Source: an uncultured Candidatus Saccharibacteria bacterium
GTDB taxonomy: Bacteria; Patescibacteriota; Doudnabacteria; UBA920
Assembly: GCA_964512925.1 (NCBI GenBank)
Contig: CAZEKH010000004.1
Coordinates: 72,392 to 136,391, forward strand
Reading direction: 5' to 3'
Length of the DNA stretch: 64,000 bases
A program made the position numbers and the translations under genes. A model generated the notes under the pieces. It did not search any database and was not told where the DNA came from. It was given only the letters and a program-made list of their open reading frames with translations. Shown here piece after piece: positions 27,348 through 36,570 of this stretch; positions within the stretch are counted from its first letter, which is position 1, and every line of letters starts with the position of its first letter.

Positions 27348-28268
27348 ATGCAAAATAGAACACATAAAATAAATAAATTATTTTTTGACGGCCTAATAAA
27401 TTGGGCGAGTTTTTGTTTAAACAAAGTTTTTATTTATCTTGGGTTGAAAAAAGAAAAAAATTTTTGGGGTGTCGTTTATGATAGTCAAACCAAGCAGCCA
27501 ATTGATCCTGCTGTAGTGAAGATTGTCAGGGCCGGCACAAATATGGAAGTTCAGACCGGTATTACGGATTTGGGAGGACGTTACGGTTTTTTAGTCGGAC
27601 CTGGCAAATATAAAATAATAGCAAAAAAACAAAATTATTTGTTTCCGACAGAAATGTTGAAAGGCAGCGATGATGGGATTTATAAACATATTTATAAAGG
27701 AGAGTTTTTTGAAGTAAAAGGGGGGAGTGAGGTGGTGGCTCCCAATATTCCGATGGATTCGATTAATACAGATTGGAATCAGGAGGCGAAAAAAAAATAT
27801 TTTAAAGCCTATCCTTATGTCAGGTATTCTATTTTGTATTTGGCGAGCTGGGTGTACCGGTCGTTGTTTGTTATAAGTGTATTATTTATAAGCCGGGATT
27901 TTTTTCCTGATTTAACGATTCAAAAAAATATTTGGACATATATTTTTATCATCTTTCTATTGTTATGGTTATTTTCAAAAATTATCCCTGATATTCGTCT
28001 TTACGGTCAAATTTTAGATAAGAAAACCAAATCAGCGGTTTCTGGATTGTATTTAGAAGTGCACAGTCCACTTTTCCAGAGTGTTGTTTTTGGAAAAACC
28101 CAAACCAATGAAGATGGTAAATTTTTTTTGCGCGCCAGTCCTGGCAGCTACCGATTGCTTTTTTTTGACAATCCTTCTGAAAAACAAAGAAAAATTTTAG
28201 GCGCAGTTGACTTAAAGATCGGCGGAAATGGGTTGTTAAATAAAAAATTTACAATTGATTTGACATAA
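27348..28268 (+). CDS. Membrane protein with carboxypeptidase-regulatory-like beta domains
   Basis: GVVYDSQTKQPI, TDLGGRYGF, TNEDGKFF; central TM segments. Confidence 0.75.
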   Translation: MQNRTHKINKLFFDGLINWASFCLNKVFIYLGLKKEKNFWGVVYDSQTKQPIDPAVVKIVRAGTNMEVQTGITDLGGRYGFLVGPGKYKIIAKKQNYLFPTEMLKGSDDGIYKHIYKGEFFEVKGGSEVVAPNIPMDSINTDWNQEAKKKYFKAYPYVRYSILYLASWVYRSLFVISVLFISRDFFPDLTIQKNIWTYIFIIFLLLWLFSKIIPDIRLYGQILDKKTKSAVSGLYLEVHSPLFQSVVFGKTQTNEDGKFFLRASPGSYRLLFFDNPSEKQRKILGAVDLKIGGNGLLNKKFTIDLT

Positions 28269-28372
28269 CTTGAGGTTTGTTGTCAAATTTGCTGTGGATA
28301 GCTAGTATTGTAATAACTGATAAAAACTAATATACTAATAAAGCATTCAGATTTAATAATCCAATCAAATGT

Positions 28373-28777
28373 ATGGATAGATCAACAAAAAAAATATTAG
28401 TTGTAGAAGATGACGGGCTTTTACAGAAAATACTCACAGACAAGCTTAGGCTTTTAAATTATCAGGTTTTTGCCGCAAGCGACGGCAGGGAAGCGCTTAA
28501 AATTGTGGAGGAGCAAAAACCGGATTTATTGCTTTTAGATTTATTGCTTCCTGAAATAGACGGATACAGGGTTCTTGAAAATATCCGTAAAAATACCGAT
28601 AAACAAATTGCTGAAACTTTAGTGATAGTGCTTTCAAACCTGTGGAGCGATCGCGACATTTTAAGCGCTCAAGCTTTAAAAATTGACGCTTATTTTGTGA
28701 AAACAACAGTGGACTTGGACGAGGTTTTTTCCCAGGTGGAAAAGTCGTTATTGGCCAAAGAAGGGTTGGAATCATAA
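28373..28777 (+). CDS. Single-domain response regulator
   Basis: ILVVEDD, PDLLLLDLLLP, VLSN. Confidence 0.9.
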   Translation: MDRSTKKILVVEDDGLLQKILTDKLRLLNYQVFAASDGREALKIVEEQKPDLLLLDLLLPEIDGYRVLENIRKNTDKQIAETLVIVLSNLWSDRDILSAQALKIDAYFVKTTVDLDEVFSQVEKSLLAKEGLES

Positions 28778-28800
28778 AATACCGGCTTTTATAACCGGGT

Positions 28801-28829
28801 TTGACACTGTCAACGGCTAGTGTTATAAT
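28801..28829 (+). promoter_or_regulatory. secE-nusG promoter
   Basis: TTGACA-N17-TATAAT with extended -10 TG. Confidence 0.8.
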
Positions 28830-28877
28830 AGTATTATTAAAAGGCCGAACAAGGCCTTTTAAAAAAGGCGAAAAAAT

Positions 28878-29048
28878 ATGATACAATTTTTTTCCGAAGT
28901 AAAAAATGAGCTTTTAAAAGTTGTTTGGCCGACTAAAAGCCAGACTGTTAGCTATACTTTAGCTATCATTTTTTTAAGTTTGTTTGTAGCAGGTTTTTTA
29001 GGTCTGGCTGATTTTGGCCTGATCCGATTGTTCCAGGCTATAATATAA
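28878..29048 (+). CDS. secE: Preprotein translocase subunit SecE (56 aa; below the ORF-track cutoff)
   Basis: MIQFFSEVKNELLKVVWPTK...GLADFGL; upstream of nusG. Confidence 0.92.
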   Translation: MIQFFSEVKNELLKVVWPTKSQTVSYTLAIIFLSLFVAGFLGLADFGLIRLFQAII

Positions 29049-29050
29049 AT

Positions 29051-29584
29051 ATGCTACCTCCCGGGCATATTGCGGCAGGGGCGCTTTTGGGGTATGGGGT
29101 TTCGTTTTTATTTCCCAACCTTTCTCCCGAAATCCGGAATCAATTGCCATTGCTTGGAGCATTTTGGGGTTTTGTTCCGGATTTAGATGAGTTTTGGATT
29201 TTTTTAAAAAACAAGAATTTTTTAGTTGTCAACAATCCCCAGAGGAATCATCGTAAGTACTTTAGCCACGCTCCTTTTTTATGGGTTTATGTTGCGGTTT
29301 TGGTTTTTTTATCCTTCCCGACCGAAAATGGCAAGATACAGGCAATGATGATTTTAGGCGGCAGCTGGACGCATTTTTTTCTTGACTCGTTTGATTACGG
29401 CATAATGTGGCTCTGGCCTTTTTCGGAAAAACTTTATTCATTTAGAACTCCTGGGCGAGAGTTTGTAATCACAGAAAAAAAGTTTTTAAGACACACGGGA
29501 GAATTTCTGAAGTTATATAGTAAAACTTTTACCTTTTATATGGAAATATTTATTTTATTTATTGCTTTAATAATTTACATTTAA
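29051..29584 (+). CDS. Membrane metal-dependent hydrolase (YdjM-like)
   Basis: GH, PDLD, HRKYFSHA, HFFLD, WLWPF. Confidence 0.85.
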   Translation: MLPPGHIAAGALLGYGVSFLFPNLSPEIRNQLPLLGAFWGFVPDLDEFWIFLKNKNFLVVNNPQRNHRKYFSHAPFLWVYVAVLVFLSFPTENGKIQAMMILGGSWTHFFLDSFDYGIMWLWPFSEKLYSFRTPGREFVITEKKFLRHTGEFLKLYSKTFTFYMEIFILFIALIIYI

Positions 29585-29597
29585 TCTAAATCTTTTT

Positions 29598-30143
29598 ATG
29601 AGCAGACAGCAAGTTACAGGCGAAAGGCATTGGTATGTGCTTCATACTTATAGCGGATATGAAGACGCGGTGGCAGGAGCCCTGCACCAGCGCATAGAGT
29701 CTTTGGGTATGCAGGATAGCATTTTCGGCGTGCTTGTGCCTAAAGAAAAAAAGATTAAAATCAAGGAAGGCAAGAGAACCACAGTGGAAGAAAAGATTTT
29801 TCCCGGCTATGTGCTGGTGGATATGATTGTGACGGACGATTCCTGGTATGTAGTCAGAAATACGCCCAATGTGACGGGTTTTGTGGGCTCTGGAACCATC
29901 CCCACGCCTATTGCCCAGGAAGAATGGGATTACCTCAGTAAACGTATGGGTCAGGATGAGCCGAAGTTTAAAGTTGACTTCTCAGTTAACGAGCTGGTTA
30001 AGATCAACGATGGACCGTTTAAGGATTATGAGGGTAAAATCAGCAACGTAGACGAAGCCCACGGAAAAGTAAAGGTTATGGTCACAATTTTCGGCCGCGA
30101 AACCCCGGTTGAACTGGACTTTTTGCAAGTAAAGAAAATGTAA
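29598..30143 (+). CDS. nusG: Transcription termination/antitermination factor NusG
   Basis: WYVLHTYSGYE, FPGYVLV, IFGRETPVEL. Confidence 0.97.
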   Translation: MSRQQVTGERHWYVLHTYSGYEDAVAGALHQRIESLGMQDSIFGVLVPKEKKIKIKEGKRTTVEEKIFPGYVLVDMIVTDDSWYVVRNTPNVTGFVGSGTIPTPIAQEEWDYLSKRMGQDEPKFKVDFSVNELVKINDGPFKDYEGKISNVDEAHGKVKVMVTIFGRETPVELDFLQVKKM

Positions 30144-30181
30144 CTACGAATGCTTTATATTTCGGTTATAAAAGATTCATT

Positions 30182-30388
30182 ATGAACGACGAAGAAAAAT
30201 CAGAACAATATTTGAAGGATTTAAAGGATTGGCAAAATAATATGAATTCTCCCGGAGCCTACTTAGGGGGGAATATGCCGCCTTTGGTAAAGTATGGAAA
30301 TAGAAGACTGTTAAAGCCGTGGGCATATTTTGGTCTGGCACTCATAACCCTTTTGATAATTTTAAGCGCTTATAATTTTTTTAAATAA
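30182..30388 (+). CDS. Small membrane protein
   Basis: 68 aa with C-terminal TM. Confidence 0.65.
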   Translation: MNDEEKSEQYLKDLKDWQNNMNSPGAYLGGNMPPLVKYGNRRLLKPWAYFGLALITLLIILSAYNFFK

Positions 30389-30458
30389 TAATTTTATTTT
30401 ATATTCACTTCCTGCGCTTCTCGGGTTGTGAACAAGAATAAAATTAATTGGTTTTTCA

Positions 30459-30499
30459 ACCTCTCTGCCCTTTGGGCATCTCTCCAAGTCTTGGAGAGA
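30459..30499. repeat. REP-like double hairpin (CCTCTC/GGAGAG family)
   Basis: cctctctgccctttgggcatctctccaagtcttggagaga. Confidence 0.6.
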
Positions 30500-30515
30500 A
30501 AAATAAGGAAATGCT

Positions 30516-30941
30516 ATGGCTAAAAAAGTAAAAATTGAACTTAAACTGACCTTGCCGGCTGGCAAGGCAACCCCGGCTCCGCCGGTTGGAACCGCGCTGG
30601 GTCCCCACGGCGTCAATATCGCTTTGTTTGTAAAGGAATTTAACGACCGCACAGCTCCGATGGGCGACCTGATGATTCCCGCGGTTTTAACAATCTTTGA
30701 AGACAGGACTTTCAGTTTTATATTGAAAACTCCTCCGGCTTCAAACCTAATAATGAAAGCTATCGGCCTTCAGAAAGGCTCAGCGAATCCGCTTTTAAAC
30801 AAAGTAGGAAAGCTAACAGCTAAACAGGTTACTGAAATTGCCGAAAAGAAAATGCCTGACCTGAATGCCAACGACATCAAAGCCGCAGAAAAGATCATCC
30901 GTGGTACTGCCAGAAGTATGGGTGTGGAAGTAATAGATTAA
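30516..30941 (+). CDS. rplK: 50S ribosomal protein L11
   Basis: [26 protein letters not shown]. Confidence 0.98.
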   Translation: MAKKVKIELKLTLPAGKATPAPPVGTALGPHGVNIALFVKEFNDRTAPMGDLMIPAVLTIFEDRTFSFILKTPPASNLIMKAIGLQKGSANPLLNKVGKLTAKQVTEIAEKKMPDLNANDIKAAEKIIRGTARSMGVEVID

Positions 30942-31038
30942 TGCAAAATGCAAAACTCAAAATGTAAAATTAAAGAGTCCGCCCAAGGCGGACACAAAAA
31001 TTTTAACTTTTGAATTTTAATTTTTAAACTTATCTCAC

Positions 31039-31806
31039 ATGTGGATTTACCTTTTAGCATTTATTCTTTTCTTCATTGTTCTTCCCGGCCTTAGGGTTGT
31101 TCAGCAGTACGAAAAAGGCGTGGTGTTTCGTTTGGGTAAGATTGTCGGGCTTAAAGAGCCGGGCCTTGCTTGGATTGTCCCATACATCTCCTGGGTTAAA
31201 AAAGTTGATTTAAGAACCATTACTCTGCCAATCCCGCCGCAGAAAATCATTACCAAAGACAATGTTTCGGTGGATGTTTCGGCAGTTGCTTATTACCAGG
31301 TTATTGACTCGGTAAAAAGTATAGTAGCTATAGAAAATGTAATGTCTGCCATCAATCAAATTGCCCAAACAACTGTCAGAAATATAGTTGGCAGGTTTCA
31401 GCTGGACGAAATTTTGTCAGAAAGAGACAGAATCAACCAGGAAATTCGTGGCGTTTTGGACCAACATACCGAAGCCTGGGGAGTTGTGGTTTCGCTGGTG
31501 GAAATAAAAGATATTGAATTGCCAGAAAATATGCAAAGAGCAATGGCCAAGCAGGCTGAGGCTGAGCGCGAGAAAAGGGCGAAGATAATCGCAGCCGAGG
31601 GAGAACTTTTGGCCAGTCAAAAGCTGGCGGAAACCGCTGATGTGATGGAAAAGCATCCGATAGCTTTACAGCTCAGGAATTTGCAGACTATGGCGGAAAT
31701 TTCCATAGAAAAAAATTCAACCATTATTTTCCCAGCCCAGTTTATGAGCACTGTTCAGGATGTAAAAAAATTTATTTCCGGCGAACATAAACATTTAAAT
31801 AATTAA
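31039..31806 (+). CDS. SPFH/stomatin (slipin) family protein
   Basis: GVVFRLG, ITKDNV, AMAKQAEAEREKRA. Confidence 0.92.
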   Translation: MWIYLLAFILFFIVLPGLRVVQQYEKGVVFRLGKIVGLKEPGLAWIVPYISWVKKVDLRTITLPIPPQKIITKDNVSVDVSAVAYYQVIDSVKSIVAIENVMSAINQIAQTTVRNIVGRFQLDEILSERDRINQEIRGVLDQHTEAWGVVVSLVEIKDIELPENMQRAMAKQAEAEREKRAKIIAAEGELLASQKLAETADVMEKHPIALQLRNLQTMAEISIEKNSTIIFPAQFMSTVQDVKKFISGEHKHLNN

Positions 31807-31816
31807 AATTAAAAAT

Positions 31817-32137
31817 ATGTCGTTAAAAAAAGCCTATTTATATCTAGTGTCGGTTATATCTTTGGTTATATGGGTCATCGGAGCGATAATGCTTCTGAAT
31901 ATGGCTCTAAAAACATGGGTATTTACCAAAGCTGACAGGGATTACTACTCATATGCATGCCCAATGTCCCCGGGATCGGAAAAATGCACGGCTGAACAGG
32001 ATGAGATGTATAGGAAACAAAGTAAAGACAATCGTTCCGCCCAAAAACAACGGGACGCTGCGCAAGCTTTGTCGTTTATCATAGTTGGAGTGCCGGTTTG
32101 GTTTGGACATTGGAGGCTGGCTAAAAAAGAAGTATAG
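31817..32137 (+). CDS. Small two-TM protein (DUF5671-like)
   Basis: AYLYLVS...VGVPVWFGHW. Confidence 0.7.
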   Translation: MSLKKAYLYLVSVISLVIWVIGAIMLLNMALKTWVFTKADRDYYSYACPMSPGSEKCTAEQDEMYRKQSKDNRSAQKQRDAAQALSFIIVGVPVWFGHWRLAKKEV

Positions 32138-32202
32138 TCCACAGATACGCAGATATTGCAGTGACATAGATAATTTATTGAATAAATTTAAATAATTAAT
32201 TT

Positions 32203-32306
32203 GTGGGACCCGATTGCAATTTAAACATATAAAGATTGAAAATTGAAAAATAAATTTTTCAATAGTTAAATTTTTATTTTTAAATTTAGATTGGGGTTTG
32301 TACCAC
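32203..32306 (+). promoter_or_regulatory. Putative L1 autoregulatory leader stem upstream of rplA, with an AT-rich insert
   Basis: GTGGGA...ACCAC closing arms with CCCGATT/GATTGGG inner stem. Confidence 0.5.
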
Positions 32307-32320
32307 GAAGGAAAAAATAT

Positions 32321-33004
32321 ATGGCAAAAATTGCTAAAAGAGTTAAGAAAAATTTAGAGTTAGTGGATATAAAAAAGGTTTATACTGCCGAAGAAGCTGT
32401 GGAGCTTGCCAAAAAAACAGCTAATACCAAATTTGTAGGTTCTTTGGAGGTTCATATCCGCACCAATATTGACGCTAAAAAAACCGATCAGGCAGTCAGG
32501 GGAACAGTTAGCTTGCCCAACGGAACCGGCAAAACCAAAAAAGTAGCGGCTTTTGTAACTGAAGCTAAAGAAAAAGTCGCTAAAGAAGCTGGCGCGGCCA
32601 TAGTCGGCGGCGAAGAGTTGATCAAGCAAATCAAAGAAACGGAAAAAACCGATTTTGATGTAGCTGTCGCAGAACCCGCTATGATGCCAAAATTGGCTCA
32701 GATTGCCAAGATTTTGGGTACCCGGGGGCTGATGCCGAATCCAAAAACCGGCACTGTTGGCGAAAATATCGCCCAGTTGGTTAAGGAAATTGCCGGTGGC
32801 AAGGTTACTTTTAAAAATGATGATTCTGGCAATATTCACCAAATCATTGGAAAAAGCAATTTTGACAGCAAACAGCTTTTGGAAAATCTTAAAGCTTTGC
32901 TTGAAGCGGTGCAGTCTGCAAAACCCCAAGGAATTAAGGGGCAGTTTGTTTCAGGAATGTCTATCAATGTAACTATGGGTCCGGGAATCAAGTTTAAAAT
33001 ATAA
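32321..33004 (+). CDS. rplA: 50S ribosomal protein L1
   Basis: RGTVSLPNGTGK, RGLMPNPKTGTV, TMGPGI; start reset to MAK. Confidence 0.97.
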   Translation: MAKIAKRVKKNLELVDIKKVYTAEEAVELAKKTANTKFVGSLEVHIRTNIDAKKTDQAVRGTVSLPNGTGKTKKVAAFVTEAKEKVAKEAGAAIVGGEELIKQIKETEKTDFDVAVAEPAMMPKLAQIAKILGTRGLMPNPKTGTVGENIAQLVKEIAGGKVTFKNDDSGNIHQIIGKSNFDSKQLLENLKALLEAVQSAKPQGIKGQFVSGMSINVTMGPGIKFKI

Positions 33005-33043
33005 AAATATCCGCCCCGATATTCACTGGGGCGGATATTTTTT
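33004..33043 (+). terminator. rplA terminator
   Basis: AAAATATCCGCCCC/GGGGCGGATATTTT. Confidence 0.85.
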
Positions 33044-33095
33044 TGTAAAAAAATAAAAAATGTAGTATTATTGATACTACAATTAAGTAAAAAAA

Positions 33096-33686
33096 ATGAT
33101 ACTTTCAGACAAGGATATAAAACAATATTTGAAAAGCGGGCGGATCCAAGTAGAGCCACTTTTTCCAAATAGCATACAGCCAGCATCGGTTGACCTGCAT
33201 TTGGGCGCGGATTTTTTGGTTTTTTCCACGGATAGCCATACCTTTATAGACCCAAAAGAGCCGATAGATGATATGATGAAAAAAGTTTCCATCAGCGATA
33301 AAAAACAGTTTATTTTGCATCCGGGCGAATTTGCTTTGGGTATGACTTATGAAGTGGTGGGTGTTTCCGAAGATATGGTAGGCAGGCTTGAGGGTAAGTC
33401 CTCTTTGGGCAGGATTGGACTGATTATACACGCTACGGCGGGGTATTTGGATCCGGGCAACAAGCTAAAGATGACTTTGGAGCTATCAAACATTTCTACC
33501 CTGCCTATCAAGCTGTATTACAAAATGCCGATCGCCCAAATGTCTTTTACGCCTCTGTCATCGAAAGCGGACAATGCCTATGGAAAGTCAAAACTTAACA
33601 GCAAATACTACGGCGCTATGAAGCCGCAGGCCAGCCAGTACTGGAAAAATTTTAAAAAAAATAACCAGTGGATGAAATTTAAATAG
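33096..33686 (+). CDS. dcd: dCTP deaminase
   Basis: IQPASVDL, GKSSLGRIGL, AGYLDPG, TLELSN. Confidence 0.95.
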   Translation: MILSDKDIKQYLKSGRIQVEPLFPNSIQPASVDLHLGADFLVFSTDSHTFIDPKEPIDDMMKKVSISDKKQFILHPGEFALGMTYEVVGVSEDMVGRLEGKSSLGRIGLIIHATAGYLDPGNKLKMTLELSNISTLPIKLYYKMPIAQMSFTPLSSKADNAYGKSKLNSKYYGAMKPQASQYWKNFKKNNQWMKFK

Positions 33687-33723
33687 ACAAATAAAAAAGC
33701 GATTCAAATGTTGGATCGCTTTT

Positions 33724-34701
33724 TTATATTATGATCTTAAGAAAAACAAAAATTGAAAAAAATGAAAGTATGGTTGACACTACCATTGTGGTCGCGGTAA
33801 ATTCAGCATCCAGTCCAAATTTTTCCGCTAACACAAAAGTTGTTGCCGCTGTGGGCATACTGGCAAGCAAAAAAGATGCCGCAATGATTTGCGGTTCAAA
33901 CCCCAGAGTTTTAAACAGTAGCCAGATAAAGCCGGGAAAAATCGCTAATTTTAAGAGGGAAACTAAAACCGAATTTAGTAAATTGGTTCGGCTGAATTTT
34001 CCGTGCATAAAAGCGCCTAATGCAAACAAAGCAACCGGAGAAGCTGTGGCTGCCAGCAGTCCGGCAGAAGATTGGATAATTTCAGAAAACAAATTTTTTT
34101 TTGGCATAAAACTAAAAACAATGCCTAAAACCAGACTAAGTATGAGCGGATTGTAAAAAAAATCTTTTAAATATTGTTTAAAGGTTACTTTGCCGCGACT
34201 GTAATATTCAGAAATCAGTAGGCCAAAAGCTATACCAAAAACCAACTGGCTAGCGCCAATGCCGATTATCAGTCCTGAGTATTCCGGCGCAAAGGCAGCT
34301 TGCCCGATAGGAAAACCCATATAAATGGTATTGCCGACTGTACTGGTAAGCAGGATGGCTGCCTTTAGTTTTTTGCTTATTTTCAAATATTTTAAGAGCA
34401 AGGCCAGTAAACCGCCAAAAATCAACAGGCCAAAAATATTTTGTATGATTGCTTGAAAAATTTGAGGATTTGACCAGTCAATTTTAGACAGGCTAAAAAA
34501 AACAATAGCCGGCAAAGCGACATAATACGCAAAGCCGTTTAGGTCGGACACCCAGGACTGTTTAACCACTTTAAATTTTTTAAGCAAAAATCCGCTAAGA
34601 ATAACGGCAAAAACCGGCATAATAATTAACAAAGTTTGCATTTTGATTTTGGTTTCTTTTGAGAGTTGGGCCGAACTTATTTTGTACACCACTATTTCCA
34701 T
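33724..34701 (-). CDS. AEC (auxin efflux carrier) family transporter; real start possibly 34641
   Basis: YVALPA, GNTIYMGFP, NPLI, SMPTA. Confidence 0.9.
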   Translation of the reverse strand: MEIVVYKISSAQLSKETKIKMQTLLIIMPVFAVILSGFLLKKFKVVKQSWVSDLNGFAYYVALPAIVFFSLSKIDWSNPQIFQAIIQNIFGLLIFGGLLALLLKYLKISKKLKAAILLTSTVGNTIYMGFPIGQAAFAPEYSGLIIGIGASQLVFGIAFGLLISEYYSRGKVTFKQYLKDFFYNPLILSLVLGIVFSFMPKKNLFSEIIQSSAGLLAATASPVALFALGAFMHGKFSRTNLLNSVLVSLLKLAIFPGFIWLLFKTLGFEPQIIAASFLLASMPTAATTFVLAEKFGLDAEFTATTMVVSTILSFFSIFVFLKIII

Positions 34702-34777
34702 TTTGCCTTATTTTCAGGTAAAATACAAGGGAGTTTGACATTAAGCTGGTAAAGGTCAATGTTTAAGATTGGAAGCT

Positions 34778-35230
34778 ATGTTAAAAGCAAAAATTAAAAG
34801 GCTGGATTCTGCTGTTGAATTGCCAAAATATCAGACAGCTGAATCAGCCGGGTTTGATATCGCGTCAAATATTGATTGTATTGTTGAACCGGGGCAAATT
34901 GCTAAGATACCCACAGGTTTGATAGTGGAAGCGCCGGCGGGGCATTTTTTAATGATAGCCGCCAGAGGCAGTACGGCAGCTAAAAAGGGTTTAAAGATGG
35001 CTAATGCAATCGGAATTATAGACAGGGATTTTGCAGGTCCAAACGATGAAATATTTTTACCTATGCATAACTTTACCAACCAGCCGGTTGAATTGAAAAA
35101 GGGTGAAAGGATAGCTCAGGGAGTTTTTGTCAAAGTTGACCAGGCGGTGTGGGAAGAACAGGGGTCAATGCGCGAAAAAGACCGGGGCGGATATGGCAGT
35201 ACCGGTGGATATGAAGAAAATTCAAAATGA
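34778..35230 (+). CDS. dut: dUTP diphosphatase
   Basis: SAGFDI, GIIDRDF, GERIAQ, RGGYGSTG. Confidence 0.95.
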   Translation: MLKAKIKRLDSAVELPKYQTAESAGFDIASNIDCIVEPGQIAKIPTGLIVEAPAGHFLMIAARGSTAAKKGLKMANAIGIIDRDFAGPNDEIFLPMHNFTNQPVELKKGERIAQGVFVKVDQAVWEEQGSMREKDRGGYGSTGGYEENSK

Positions 35231-35239
35231 AAATCCTAA

Positions 35240-35812
35240 ATGGAAAATTTGAAGCATAAAATTTTGATCGGTTTAATAGGCGAGAAATTGTCCGGAAAAG
35301 ATACAGCAGCGGATTTTTTGGTTAGAAAATATAAAGCCGAACATTTCCGTACCAGCCATATTTTGGATGAGCTTTTAGATGTTTTGGATCTGCCTAAAAC
35401 CAGGCAAAATGAAATAGCAGCCGGTCGGGGTATGGAGATGGTTTTTGGGGAAAGAGTGATCGGAGACGCGCTGTTAAGTAGAATAAATAAAAGCGCAGCC
35501 CAAGTTGTAGTTAACAATGGGCTGAGGCAGGAATATCAGTTTGAAGATGCGCTTAAAATGGGCGCAAAAATCATCTATATCACGGCGCCGGTAGAGATTC
35601 GTTATGAAAGGTTTTTGTCCCGGGCAGAAAAAACTGAAGATGGGAGGGAATCTATTTCTGACTTCGCCAAGCAGGAAGCTCAGTGGATTGAAAATAAAAT
35701 TCCGGTTTTAGGCGCAAAGGCTGACTATAAAATTGAAAATATGGGTACTTTGGAGGAGTTCTATAAAAAAGTGGAAGAAATTTTTCTGGATATTGAACAT
35801 AAATTAAGTTAA
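35240..35812 (+). CDS. P-loop nucleotide kinase (dNMP/dephospho-CoA kinase-like)
   Basis: GEKLSGKDT Walker A; located between dut and tmk. Confidence 0.8.
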   Translation: MENLKHKILIGLIGEKLSGKDTAADFLVRKYKAEHFRTSHILDELLDVLDLPKTRQNEIAAGRGMEMVFGERVIGDALLSRINKSAAQVVVNNGLRQEYQFEDALKMGAKIIYITAPVEIRYERFLSRAEKTEDGRESISDFAKQEAQWIENKIPVLGAKADYKIENMGTLEEFYKKVEEIFLDIEHKLS

Positions 35813-35816
35813 ATCT

Positions 35817-36566
35817 ATGTCATTTTTAAAAAAAATTATGGGGAAAAATAATGCGGATATGTCCCAGAAGCGCGGGAGGTTTGTGGTGATTGACGGAACT
35901 GACGGCAGCGGCAAAGCCACCCAGACGCAGATGCTGATGGATACTTTGAAAGCCGAAGGTTTTGAGTTTGAAGTCGCGGACTTTCCTCAGTATGGGCAAA
36001 AGTCGGCTGCGATGGTTGAGGAATATCTGATAAATAAAAAATACGGACAGGTGAATCCATATGCCGCTTCCACCTTTTACGCTATTGACCGGTTTGACGC
36101 GAGTTTTAAAATCCGCAAATGGCTCGAAGAGGGTAGGGTTGTTGTTTCCAACCGCTATGTGACTGCCAGCGCCGGTCATCAGGGGGGGAAAATTTCCGAC
36201 CAGGACGAGCGCAATAAATTTTTCAGCTGGCTTAACCGGCTGGAGTATGAAATTTTTGGTATCCCGAGGCCGGATTTGAATATCATCCTTCATATGCCGG
36301 CGGAAATGGCGCAAAAATTGGCGCAAAAAAAATGGGAGGACCAGAAGGAGTATATGAATGGAAAGAAAACCGATCTACACGAAGAGGATTTGAATCATTT
36401 GAAAAATGCGGAAAAAGTTTTTATAGAAATTTCCAATTTGTTCCCCAACACCAAACTGGTAGAATGCCTCGACGGAGAAAGGCTGCTGAGTCCCCAGGAA
36501 GTCCATAACAAAGTTTGGGAAATGGTCAGAAGAATTGCTTTGAAAGATTATAAGTTAAAAAAATAA
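35817..36566 (+). CDS. tmk: Thymidylate kinase
   Basis: IDGTDGSGKATQ, DFPQY, NRY, PDL. Confidence 0.92.
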   Translation: MSFLKKIMGKNNADMSQKRGRFVVIDGTDGSGKATQTQMLMDTLKAEGFEFEVADFPQYGQKSAAMVEEYLINKKYGQVNPYAASTFYAIDRFDASFKIRKWLEEGRVVVSNRYVTASAGHQGGKISDQDERNKFFSWLNRLEYEIFGIPRPDLNIILHMPAEMAQKLAQKKWEDQKEYMNGKKTDLHEEDLNHLKNAEKVFIEISNLFPNTKLVECLDGERLLSPQEVHNKVWEMVRRIALKDYKLKK

Positions 36567-36570
36567 ACAT

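Noticed and set aside
28292-28300. DnaA-box-like CTGTGGATA
   Set aside because: Single imperfect copy, no cluster and no dnaA; the window looks terminus-proximal
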